Origin: an uncultured Chloroflexia bacterium
GTDB lineage: Bacteria > Chloroflexota > Chloroflexia > QHBQ01 > JADMIH01
Direction: 5' to 3'
NCBI GenBank assembly: GCA_963797095.1
Contig: CAWCNY010000002.1
Coordinates: 1,184,001 to 1,248,000 of the forward strand
Length of the DNA: 64,000 nucleotides
Within the stretch, counting starts at the first letter, position 1. Each line of letters starts with the position of its first letter. The notes under the pieces are model-generated. The model did not search any database. It was not told the DNA's origin and saw nothing but the letters and a program-made list of their open reading frames with translations. Of this stretch, positions 38,136 to 47,064 are shown one piece after another. A program made the position numbers and the translations under genes.

Positions 38136-38744
38136 ATGCCTACAGGCCAACCCATCCCAGGCGTTTGGGAAGAAGACGACTGCGCCACCTGGCGCGGGTG
38201 GCTACTTAGCTACGACCAGGCTATCGCAGCTCTCGGCAATGAAAAGCTCACAAATCTCGACCGCTGGTTCCGCAAAGAACTGCCCCTCAAGATCCTCGAA
38301 CGCACCCCGCCCTGTATCTATCACGACGATCTACAGGGTATAGCCGCCTGGAAAATGCACCGTGGTGTCTGGCGCGAATATAATCGCCGCCTCGTAGCGG
38401 GCAACCCACCCGAAAAGGTCGAACAAGTCAGCCGAGATGCCTTCGCCACAGTGCCCGACCCTCGCAAGCCTGTGGCTACCCTGGCTACCCTCGCGGGCGT
38501 GGGTCCGGCCACCGCCTCGGCGGCTCTCGCGGCCCTTGCCCCTTACTACTACCCCTTCTTCGATGAATTAGTAGCAGCCTTCATTCCCGGCCTCGGCCCT
38601 GTCGCTTTCACCCTGCCCTACTACCTGAAATATGCGGCAGCCATCGCCGAGCGTCGCGATCACCTCAACGCCACCTGCTCCAGCATCTCCTGGACCTCCC
38701 ACGATGTGGCCCAGGCCCTCTGGGCGCTCGCCTCCTCACACTAG
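38136..38744 (+). CDS. Helix-hairpin-helix DNA-glycosylase-like protein
   Basis: LATLAGVGPATASAALA HhH motif, WKMHRGVWR, PFFDE; RBS aggag before ATG 38136. Confidence 0.6.
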   Translation: MPTGQPIPGVWEEDDCATWRGWLLSYDQAIAALGNEKLTNLDRWFRKELPLKILERTPPCIYHDDLQGIAAWKMHRGVWREYNRRLVAGNPPEKVEQVSRDAFATVPDPRKPVATLATLAGVGPATASAALAALAPYYYPFFDELVAAFIPGLGPVAFTLPYYLKYAAAIAERRDHLNATCSSISWTSHDVAQALWALASSH

Positions 38745-38750
38745 CCTACT

Positions 38751-40178
38751 TTACATAACACCATCGAGATTCCCGGCGTTGTGCGTCCTGATCAATTCGC
38801 TATACCACCTGGCGCTCTTCTTCGGGACGCGAGTCAGGGTCTTCCGGTCAACGTGGATCAGCCCGAACGCCGCTTCCGGCCTGTAGCCCTCCGCCCATTC
38901 AAAATTGTCCATCAGTGTCCAGGTAAAATACCCCTCCACCGGGATGCCGTGCAGCAGCGCCTTGTATACCATGTGCAGGTGCTCTTGCAAATATTCAATG
39001 CGCGGCCCGTCGTCTATCTCCTCCTCCTGACCATCCCACGGTGTGACGAGCGCCATCCCATTCTCCGTCACGTATATCCGCTTCAACCCGAAGGCCCTGT
39101 ACCCGAAATAGACTTGCTGCAAGATATCGTATAGACCCTCTGAGTAGTATGGTGGCCGGAAGATAGGCCAATCGAGGCTGTTGGTAGGCCCACCCCTGTA
39201 GATCACCTCCTCCGACTCCAACTCGCCGCCCGCCGCCCGATACAGCCCACCCCGGTAATAATTCACCCCCAGGCCGTGCAGCTTATCGCCTATCCGGATC
39301 GTTCCCATGTCCTTCTCATAATCCGCGGGCATCGCATCGCCGTACAACTCCACCATCCATTCAGGATATCGCCCCCTGAAAGTGGGATCGAGGAACCACA
39401 TATTGTAATACCCATCCCTGAAGAGCGCGGCCTGCATATCTTCACGCGATGTAGAAACCGCATAGGCAGGCTGGAAGTTGAGCGTGCTCACTATCCTGGC
39501 GTCGGGCTTACGCTCCAGGATCGCCCGGCAAGTAAGGCCCTGCGCCAGCAGAAGATGGTGCGCGGCCATCAAGGCGTCTTTCAGGTTCTCCCGGCTATCG
39601 CTGTGCCTGCTGCCCGGCGCATGTATATTTTCGTAGTAGCTCAGCATAGAGCTACACCACGGCTCGTTGAACAGAAAATACTCGTCTACAAGATCGCCCA
39701 ACTCCTCCGTCACCACCTCAGCGTGCCTCTCCAGGGCGTGAGCAGTATCGCGGTTAGTCCACCCGCCACGCTCGTTCAGGTGCTGGGGCAGTTCCCAGTG
39801 ATACAGCGTCGCATAAATAGTAATGCCACTCTCGCGCAACGCCTCGAAATAGCGCCTGTACCATTCAATTGTCCGCTTGTTCACCACGCCGTCCTCGGTC
39901 AGCACTCGTGCCATCGACACCGATGTCCTGTAGTGTTTGATGCCGATCCTGCGCATGTGCCCTATATCCTCGCGCCAGCGATGGTATCTATCTATCCCGT
40001 CATCCGGCGTAGGCATACCACGCTCGATAGTGAACTGCCGCCACATCGTCGGTAGCGAGCCTTCCTCTTCCATCGTATACTTCTCCCCGATTACCTGCAA
40101 ATCGGCCTCGGCAACACCGAACTTGAAATCGGGCGGGAAAATTGCGGCACGGCTTGGATCGACAGATAGCAAAGGCAT
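38751..40178 (-). CDS. GH1 beta-glucosidase
   Basis: RYHRWREDI, TLYHWELPQ, FNEPW, GVNYY, YVTENG, WTLMDNFEWAEGY. Confidence 0.93.
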   Translation of the reverse strand: MPLLSVDPSRAAIFPPDFKFGVAEADLQVIGEKYTMEEEGSLPTMWRQFTIERGMPTPDDGIDRYHRWREDIGHMRRIGIKHYRTSVSMARVLTEDGVVNKRTIEWYRRYFEALRESGITIYATLYHWELPQHLNERGGWTNRDTAHALERHAEVVTEELGDLVDEYFLFNEPWCSSMLSYYENIHAPGSRHSDSRENLKDALMAAHHLLLAQGLTCRAILERKPDARIVSTLNFQPAYAVSTSREDMQAALFRDGYYNMWFLDPTFRGRYPEWMVELYGDAMPADYEKDMGTIRIGDKLHGLGVNYYRGGLYRAAGGELESEEVIYRGGPTNSLDWPIFRPPYYSEGLYDILQQVYFGYRAFGLKRIYVTENGMALVTPWDGQEEEIDDGPRIEYLQEHLHMVYKALLHGIPVEGYFTWTLMDNFEWAEGYRPEAAFGLIHVDRKTLTRVPKKSARWYSELIRTHNAGNLDGVM

Positions 40179-40310
40179 GTAGCACTCCAGAACAAGCAGT
40201 CAATATTCAACCGTGATTGTGAAGCAACACACCAAAGTTGTCAATCCCATAGTTCCACGAGATGGTCACCTGGTTAAAAGGTCTGTAAGATTTATTTCAC
40301 GCTTGGCTAC

Positions 40311-40339
40311 TTGTGCTAAAGTCCAACACGACGTATAAT
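40311..40339 (+). promoter_or_regulatory. Sigma-70-type promoter for the sugar ABC operon
   Basis: TTGTGC, 17 bp, TATAAT. Confidence 0.55.
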
Positions 40340-40627
40340 GTGGCATCAGTCAGGTCTGCAGCGTCGCAGAGATAGGTAGAGTGCTTGGCTCTCCGCCAGG
40401 TGGTAGGGCATTCTACAACATTGTCCCGGCCATACATAGTGGGATACGCTCTAAGGTAGCGCGACCTTCCAGTCCCATTTCCATTTTCGCATACCTACTT
40501 GTCCCAAAGAACTATGCCTTCTTAATTCTATCCGCGCCCCATGGCAAGGAGGTGATGAATATCGTCACTAAGCATGACCATTACACTCGATAGTATGAGA
40601 ACATCTAATGTAAGGAGGAAAGCATAG

Positions 40628-42034
40628 ATGGCTAAGAAATGGTTTACTATTCTCACATTGATGGTGGTTGTTTCCGTTCTGCTCGCAGCGTGCGGTGAAG
40701 AACCTACAGCTACAGTCGTACCGCCCACCGCTACCACGGCAGCGGCTGAGCCTACCGCCACCACAGCAATGGCTGAGCCTACCGCCACCACCGGGACGAC
40801 GGCTGCGGCAACAGCTACCACCGCCGGCGGCGATATGCCTTACGCAGGCACTGAGGTCAGCATCTTTGGCGTGGCCGCTGACGAGCAGGCTCGCCTCTTC
40901 CAGAGCGAGTTCGATGACTTTACAGCCCGCACCGGTATCAAAGTTACCTACGAAGGCGACAAGAACTTCGAGAGCCTGATCCGCGTTCGCGTAGAAGGCA
41001 ACAGTGCTCCCGATATCGCCACATTCGCTCAGCCTGGCCTCCTCACTGACTTTGTCAACCAGGGCAAGATCGTTGACCTCAATACCTTCATGGATAAGGA
41101 CTATCTGAGCAAGCAGTACACCCAGGCCTTCCTCGACCTCGCTACTGTCAACGGCAAGATGGCCGGTGTATGGCACAATAACGACGTAAAGAGCCTCGTC
41201 TGGTATCCCAAAGCCGCCTTCGACGCCAAGGGCTACAAGGTACCTACCACCTGGGACGACATGCTCAAGCTCTCCGACCAGATCGTTGCTGACGGCGGCA
41301 CCCCCTGGTGCATAGGTATCGAATCTGCGGGTGCTACCGGCTGGGTAGGCACCGACTGGGTTGAAGACGTTATGCTGCGCACCACCACCCCGGAGAACTA
41401 TGACAAGTGGACAACGGGCGAACTCAAGTTTGACTCTCCTGAGGTCAAGAATGCGTTTGACACCGTCGGCAACATCTGGTTCCATGACGGCTATGTCTAC
41501 GGCGGAACCGATACTATCCTTACCACAGCCTTCGGCAATTCGCCCGCGGGTCTCTTCACAGATCCACCCAAGTGCTGGCTACATCGCCAGGCGAGCTTCA
41601 TCACCAACTTCTTCCCCGCAAGCGCCACGGTTGGCACGGACGTAGACTACTTCTACCTGCCGCCAATCGATGCGACCTATGGCAAGCCCGTACTCGGCTC
41701 AGGCTCCATCGCCGCTATGTTCAACGACCGCCCTGAGGTTCGCGAGGTCATGAAGTTCCTGGCGACCGGTGAGTCGATCAAGAAGGAGGTACAAGCCGGT
41801 GTAGCTGTAGCTCCTCAAAAGGATGCAGATCCTAGCTGGTATCCCAACGACGCCTCTCGCGGCTTCGCTCAGATCCTCCAACAGGCTACCACCTTCCGCT
41901 TCGACGGTTCCGACCTCATGCCGGCTACCGTTGGTGCAGGCACCTTCTGGACAGGCATTGTGAGTTGGGTTCAGGCTAATGGTACAAACACCACAGATGT
42001 CCTGGATACCATAGACGCAAGCTGGCCCAAGTAA
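40628..42034 (+). CDS. Sugar ABC transporter substrate-binding lipoprotein (AglE-like)
   Basis: Lipobox LAAC, P/T/A linker, KSLVWY, WCIGIESAGATGWVGTDWVED, FRFDGSDLMP. Confidence 0.9.
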   Translation: MAKKWFTILTLMVVVSVLLAACGEEPTATVVPPTATTAAAEPTATTAMAEPTATTGTTAAATATTAGGDMPYAGTEVSIFGVAADEQARLFQSEFDDFTARTGIKVTYEGDKNFESLIRVRVEGNSAPDIATFAQPGLLTDFVNQGKIVDLNTFMDKDYLSKQYTQAFLDLATVNGKMAGVWHNNDVKSLVWYPKAAFDAKGYKVPTTWDDMLKLSDQIVADGGTPWCIGIESAGATGWVGTDWVEDVMLRTTTPENYDKWTTGELKFDSPEVKNAFDTVGNIWFHDGYVYGGTDTILTTAFGNSPAGLFTDPPKCWLHRQASFITNFFPASATVGTDVDYFYLPPIDATYGKPVLGSGSIAAMFNDRPEVREVMKFLATGESIKKEVQAGVAVAPQKDADPSWYPNDASRGFAQILQQATTFRFDGSDLMPATVGAGTFWTGIVSWVQANGTNTTDVLDTIDASWPK

Positions 42035-42042
42035 GCTAAAAC

Positions 42043-42104
42043 TCAAGGTTCGAAGTTCAAGGTTCCGAGCGGATATGCTTGGGGCTTTGGACTTTGAACC
42101 TTGA
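42043..42104 (+). other. 28-bp intercistronic RNA hairpin built from degenerate heptamers
   Basis: 42043-42070 pairs with 42077-42104: 22 Watson-Crick pairs, 6 G-U pairs, no mismatches on the + strand. Confidence 0.8.
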
Positions 42105-42127
42105 ACCATAAAGAAGGAGCGAGATAT

Positions 42128-43234
42128 ATGGCCCAGACAGAAACAGCGGCGCCCGCCCCTTTCAACCCGCTGGCGTGGGTTGCACGCATACTTGTCTCGC
42201 TGATCGTGCCAATCGTCACATTTATCGTACTCTGGCAGGTCTTTATGTTCTTGCGCGACAGCGACGCGCCCAAGCTCGTCATTGCCGTCGTAGCGATAAT
42301 CTGGGGCGTAGGCGGTGTAGCCATCTTATTCGTGCTCTCCAACTGGGTGGTCGAACGGCTTTCCGATGTCTGGAGGGCGCGCATCCAACCCTATGTATTC
42401 GTGGGACCGGCCCTCGTCATGCTGACCTGGTTCCTGGCTCTACCCACTGTTCGCACCTTCTATCAGAGTTTCTTCGATAAAACCACCACCAATTTCGTTG
42501 GCCTTGATAATTACCAGTTTGCCTTCACTAACTCCGCCATGTTGGAGTCGTTCATAAATAACCTTCTGTGGTTGGTATTTGGCACAGGTTTGAGCGTATC
42601 GTCAGGCCTCTTGATCGCAGTATTGGCCGACCGCTCCAAGTTCGAGCGGGTCGCAAAATCGCTCATCTTCCTGCCAATGGCGATCTCTTTCGTGGGTGCG
42701 GGTATTATCTGGAAGTTTATCTACGCATATCAGCCGCCAGGCGAGGAACAGATAGGCGTCCTCAATGCCATCGTCACGTCCGTGGGTGGTAATCCCGTGA
42801 ACTGGATCGTCCAAAGGCCCTGGAATACACTCTTTCTCATCATAGTTTTCGTCTGGCTCCAAACAGGCTTTGCGATGGTGCTCTTTTCGGCTGCGCTCAA
42901 AGGTGTGCCAGGCGAACTACTGGAGGCCGCCAGGATCGATGGCGCGAACGAATTCCAGATCTTCTTCCGCGTGATCATCCCCACCATCCTCGGCACCATA
43001 ATTACTGTCTCCACGGCCATTATCATCGCCACGCTGAAAGTGTTCGATATCGTGTACGTGATGGCTAGCGGCGGCCAGTATGGCACCGATGTGATAGCAA
43101 ACGAGCAATATAAACGCTTCTTTACCTTCGGCGACTATGGAACCGGTTCCGCCATAGCCATCGTCCTCCTGATCGTGACAATACCCGTCATGGTCTACAA
43201 CCTGCGTCAGTTCCGCGAAAGGAGGGCTTTCTAG
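42128..43234 (+). CDS. Carbohydrate ABC transporter permease
   Basis: FVGLDNY, KSLIFLPMAIS, EAA motif LLEAARIDGA. Confidence 0.92.
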   Translation: MAQTETAAPAPFNPLAWVARILVSLIVPIVTFIVLWQVFMFLRDSDAPKLVIAVVAIIWGVGGVAILFVLSNWVVERLSDVWRARIQPYVFVGPALVMLTWFLALPTVRTFYQSFFDKTTTNFVGLDNYQFAFTNSAMLESFINNLLWLVFGTGLSVSSGLLIAVLADRSKFERVAKSLIFLPMAISFVGAGIIWKFIYAYQPPGEEQIGVLNAIVTSVGGNPVNWIVQRPWNTLFLIIVFVWLQTGFAMVLFSAALKGVPGELLEAARIDGANEFQIFFRVIIPTILGTIITVSTAIIIATLKVFDIVYVMASGGQYGTDVIANEQYKRFFTFGDYGTGSAIAIVLLIVTIPVMVYNLRQFRERRAF

Positions 43235-44127
43235 TGGCTCCTACACAGCGTAACATATTCTCTATGTTCCTGGTTAATGCCGTCCTCATTGTGATCTGCG
43301 CACTCTGGACCATACCCACCATCGGCTTGCTCGTCTCATCCTTCCGCCCCAGAGATCAGGTGCTCACCACCGGTTGGTGGAAGACCGACCCTGGCAGCTT
43401 CACGTTCGCTAACTACGAGCAGGTACTCGGTGGAAAAGAGTACCCCGACCCTTCGCTGCCGGGAGGCGTGGCGAAGGGCCAGAACATGCTCAACTCCTTC
43501 CTGAACAGCGTCACCGTCACCATTCCCGCCACCCTGATCCCCATTTTGATAGCGGCTTTCGCCGCCTATGCATTCGCCTGGATGAACTTCCCAGGGCGAA
43601 AATTCTTCTTTACGGTGGTGGTAGCGCTGCTTGTCGTGCCATTACAGATCGCCCTGATCCCGCTCTTGCGGGACTACACGGGCCTGAATCTGAACGGCAC
43701 CTTCCTGTCCGTCTGGTTGGCCCATACCGGCTTCGGGTTACCCCTGGCAACCTACCTGCTCTTCAACTACATAAGCTCGTTGCCCAGGGATCTCCTCAAA
43801 TCGGCCTTCATCGACGGCGCTTCCCACTTCACCATCTTCTACCGCCTCATATTGCCGCTGTCTCTCCCTGCCCTCGCTTCCTTTGCCATCTTCCAGTTCC
43901 TATGGGTCTGGAACGACCTGCTGGTAGCCCTGGTCTTCCTGAGTAGCGGCGGCCCCGACTACGCGGTGCTCACCCAGCAGCTCACCACCATCACCGGGTC
44001 TCGCGGCCAGGACTGGAACCTCCTAACCGCCGGTGCCTTCGTAACAATGGTTGTCCCTCTCATAGTCTTCTTCGCACTCCAGCGCTTCTTCGTGCGTGGT
44101 CTCCTCGCAGGCTCGGTCAAAGGCTAG
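43234..44127 (+). CDS. Carbohydrate ABC transporter permease
   Basis: AAYAFAW, LPRDLLKSAFIDGA, QFLWVWND, LQRFFVRGLLAGSVKG. Confidence 0.92.
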   Translation: MAPTQRNIFSMFLVNAVLIVICALWTIPTIGLLVSSFRPRDQVLTTGWWKTDPGSFTFANYEQVLGGKEYPDPSLPGGVAKGQNMLNSFLNSVTVTIPATLIPILIAAFAAYAFAWMNFPGRKFFFTVVVALLVVPLQIALIPLLRDYTGLNLNGTFLSVWLAHTGFGLPLATYLLFNYISSLPRDLLKSAFIDGASHFTIFYRLILPLSLPALASFAIFQFLWVWNDLLVALVFLSSGGPDYAVLTQQLTTITGSRGQDWNLLTAGAFVTMVVPLIVFFALQRFFVRGLLAGSVKG

Positions 44128-44205
44128 TAACCCAATCGCTAATCGAGTGTTACATAGCATGTGTCATCCCAAATTTCAGATTCCGGTTAGCAGGCGTACA
44201 ATCTG

Positions 44206-44258
44206 GTTCTAAAACAAGCAAATTGGCGGCGAAGCCGCCAATTTGCTTGTTTTAGAAC
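44206..44258. repeat. Perfect 25-bp-stem hairpin, same family as 23312-23360
   Basis: gttctaaaacaagcaaattggcggc-gaa-gccgccaatttgcttgttttagaac. Confidence 0.85.
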
Positions 44259-44341
44259 GTCTCTCCCTGTGTGTGTTGCAATCGCCTTGCCGGCTGTTGG
44301 CCCTCTTTTTGCTAGTAATACTTTGGCGAAAGGAGGCCACC

Positions 44342-44653
44342 ATGGACGACAATCAACGACCGCTGTTTCAGGGTATGGACGAACAAGAACGGGTCTACGC
44401 CCCCGAGGAGCTAGCTCCCGACGATCCAAGGCGTAAACGTGTAGAGGCTGATGAGCATAGCGGCGACAGACCGGGCTATGAAGCTGATGAGCCTGACCTG
44501 GCTATGCCTGTCGCAAATATCGGCGATGCGCCCAGCTCAGGCATGGCCCCGGTCGAGCCAGAGTCTGAGGAGCGGCGCGATGCCTCCGGCAACCCGGTTG
44601 ACCGGGGCGACAATCCGTTGTATAACGACAACGAGCCTGCCGATAAACCGTAG
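44342..44653 (+). CDS. Small acidic hypothetical protein
   Basis: RBS aaggagg before ATG 44342 (MDDNQRPLFQGMDEQERVYAPE); hairpin terminator at about 44689-44722. Confidence 0.7.
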   Translation: MDDNQRPLFQGMDEQERVYAPEELAPDDPRRKRVEADEHSGDRPGYEADEPDLAMPVANIGDAPSSGMAPVEPESEERRDASGNPVDRGDNPLYNDNEPADKP

Positions 44654-44748
44654 CTCAGATCGCCCATACTCACGTCTTAACAACCTATAAAGCGCGCCTG
44701 AAAATCCTTCCGGCGCGCTTTTCCTAATACAACAGGAACAAACCCAGG

Positions 44749-45711
44749 ATGAACAACCCAATCCCCATACCCCTCGAAGAGATCCGCGCCGCCCGAGAGC
44801 GCATCGCGGGCGCTGCCGTTCGCACCCCCCTCGTCCCCCTCTACGCCGAGGAGATCCCGGCCCAGATATACCTGAAGCTCGAAAACCTCCAGCCCGTCCG
44901 CAGCTTCAAGCTGCGTGGTGCCGCCAACGCCATGGCCCTCACCCCGCCTGAGCAACTGGAAAAGGGTGTGTGGACCGCCAGCGCGGGCAACATGGCCCAG
45001 GGCGTGGCCTGGTACGCCCGCAAGCTCGGTGTGCCTTGCACCGTAGTCGTGCCCGATACCGCCCCCGCCACCAAGATAGCCGCTGTCGAGCGCCTCGGCG
45101 GCAGCGTCGTCAAAGTCTCCTTCGATGATTGGTGGTGGATCTTCACCACCCACACCTACGAAGGGATGGAGGGCCTCTTTGTGCATGCCTTCGACGACCG
45201 CGCTGTCATGGCGGGCAACGGTACCATCGGCCTCGAAATCCTCGAAGATCTCCCCGACGTGGACGCCGTGATCATCCCTTACGGGGGTGGTGGCCTTTCG
45301 TGCGGCATCGCCTCGGCCCTGCGCGTCCTCAAACCCGCCGTCCGCATCTATGCCTCTGAAGTAGACACCGGCGCTCCCCTGGCTGCCTCTCTGGCCGCCG
45401 GGCATTCCGTTCGGGTGGACTACACCCCAAGCTTCGTGGACGGTATCGGCGGCCCAAACGTCTTCCCCGCTATGTGGGAGCTATCCCGCGACCTGCTCGA
45501 CGGCTCTCTCGTCGTCTCCCTTGAAGAGACCGCTATAGCTCTCAAATTCCTCGCCGAGCGCAACCAAGTCATCGCCGAAGGCGCTGGCGCGACCTCCGTT
45601 GCCGCCGCTCTCGCCGGCGAGGCGGGCACGGGCAACGTGGTTTGCGTAATTTCCGGCGGCAATATAGACTTTGAGAAGCTGTCGAAGATATTGCACGGTG
45701 AGATACCCTAG
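44749..45711 (+). CDS. PLP-dependent threonine/serine dehydratase
   Basis: LKLENLQPVRSFKLRGA, SAGNMAQG, PYGGGGL, ISGGN. Confidence 0.9.
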   Translation: MNNPIPIPLEEIRAARERIAGAAVRTPLVPLYAEEIPAQIYLKLENLQPVRSFKLRGAANAMALTPPEQLEKGVWTASAGNMAQGVAWYARKLGVPCTVVVPDTAPATKIAAVERLGGSVVKVSFDDWWWIFTTHTYEGMEGLFVHAFDDRAVMAGNGTIGLEILEDLPDVDAVIIPYGGGGLSCGIASALRVLKPAVRIYASEVDTGAPLAASLAAGHSVRVDYTPSFVDGIGGPNVFPAMWELSRDLLDGSLVVSLEETAIALKFLAERNQVIAEGAGATSVAAALAGEAGTGNVVCVISGGNIDFEKLSKILHGEIP

Positions 45712-45755
45712 TTCGCGGCTCGAACAGCTACCTGAGCCTGAGTGGAGAAAAAGCG

Positions 45756-46121
45756 TTGGATCTACATCTGGAAACGAGAGGAAACCAGAGCTTCCTTGTA
45801 GGCGCACCCGATACACGCCTGCTAGCCTCCCCTGACGATGTAGTAGACCTTATTGGCGCTTGCTTCGAACACAAAGCGCGTTCGCACCTCCTCTATGCCG
45901 AAAACCTCCCTGAGCATTTCTTCGACCTGAGTTCCGGTGAAGCAGGCACCATCCTCCAAAAGCTCAGAAACTACCGCATAAAGATGGCCGTAGTAGCGCC
46001 GCCCGACAGCGTTCGCCAAAGCACGATGTTTCGGGGGATGGCAAGAGAAGAGAGTAAAGGCGGCGACTTACGCGTATTCGACGATCGTCCCTCAGCCGAA
46101 GCATGGTTAGCAGGCAACTGA
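45756..46121 (+). CDS. DUF4180 protein
   Basis: [26 protein letters not shown]. Confidence 0.8.
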   Translation: MDLHLETRGNQSFLVGAPDTRLLASPDDVVDLIGACFEHKARSHLLYAENLPEHFFDLSSGEAGTILQKLRNYRIKMAVVAPPDSVRQSTMFRGMAREESKGGDLRVFDDRPSAEAWLAGN

Positions 46122-46155
46122 GCGAGCGAATACAGTCAAGCGGAGAGGTGAACTT

Positions 46156-47055
46156 ATGCTCTTTGGCGGCATAGAAGCAGGCGGCACCAAGATCGTCTGC
46201 GCGGTAGGCACAGGCCCCGACGACCTGCGGGCCGAAACCCGCTTCCCCACAACCACTCCCGATGATGTGCTCGCTCGCATTACCTACTTCTTCCGCGACC
46301 AGCAGGCTGTCGCCCCGCTCTCGGCCATCGGCATCGGCTCCTTCGGTCCCGTCTCCCTCACCCCCGGCAAGCCCGACTACGGCTATATCACCTCCACCCC
46401 CAAGCCCGGCTGGCGCGACGCCGACCTCGCGGGAGCAGTCGAACGCGCCCTCAATCTACCCGTCGGCTTCGACACCGATGTAAACGTGGCCGCCCTGGGC
46501 GAGTGGCGTTGGGGCGCGGCCCAGGGCCTCGACACGTTCCTCTACATCACCGTCGGTACGGGCGTCGGGGGTGGCGGCCTCTCCAATGGCCGCATGATGC
46601 ACGGCCTGATCCACCCTGAGATGGGCCACATCCGCATCCCCCACGACCTCCAGGCCGATCCCTTCCCCGGTTACTGCCCATACCACGGCGACTGTCTCGA
46701 AGGACTGGTCAGCGGCCCCTCTATGAGGGCACGCTGGGGCGTCCCCGCCGAAACCCTCCCCCCCGACCACCCCGCCTGGGCTTTGGAGGCCCACTACCTC
46801 GCCCTTGCTTGCGTCAACTTCATTTGCACCCTCTCCCCACAGCGCATCATCCTCGGTGGCGGCGTCATGACCCAGCCCCACATATTCCCCGCAATTCGCC
46901 ATGAGGTACAAGTCTTGCTTTCAGGCTATGTTCAGGCGGGCGAGATCATCACGGACGCCATAGAAACCTACATAGTGCCTCCAGCCCTCGGCGGCAGGGC
47001 GGGCGTACTCGGCGCTATCGCTCTAGCCGAACTAACCGCGCAAAACAAAACATAA
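46156..47055 (+). CDS. ROK family fructokinase
   Basis: [43 protein letters not shown]. Confidence 0.92.
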   Translation: MLFGGIEAGGTKIVCAVGTGPDDLRAETRFPTTTPDDVLARITYFFRDQQAVAPLSAIGIGSFGPVSLTPGKPDYGYITSTPKPGWRDADLAGAVERALNLPVGFDTDVNVAALGEWRWGAAQGLDTFLYITVGTGVGGGGLSNGRMMHGLIHPEMGHIRIPHDLQADPFPGYCPYHGDCLEGLVSGPSMRARWGVPAETLPPDHPAWALEAHYLALACVNFICTLSPQRIILGGGVMTQPHIFPAIRHEVQVLLSGYVQAGEIITDAIETYIVPPALGGRAGVLGAIALAELTAQNKT

Positions 47056-47064
47056 ACAGGTCCC

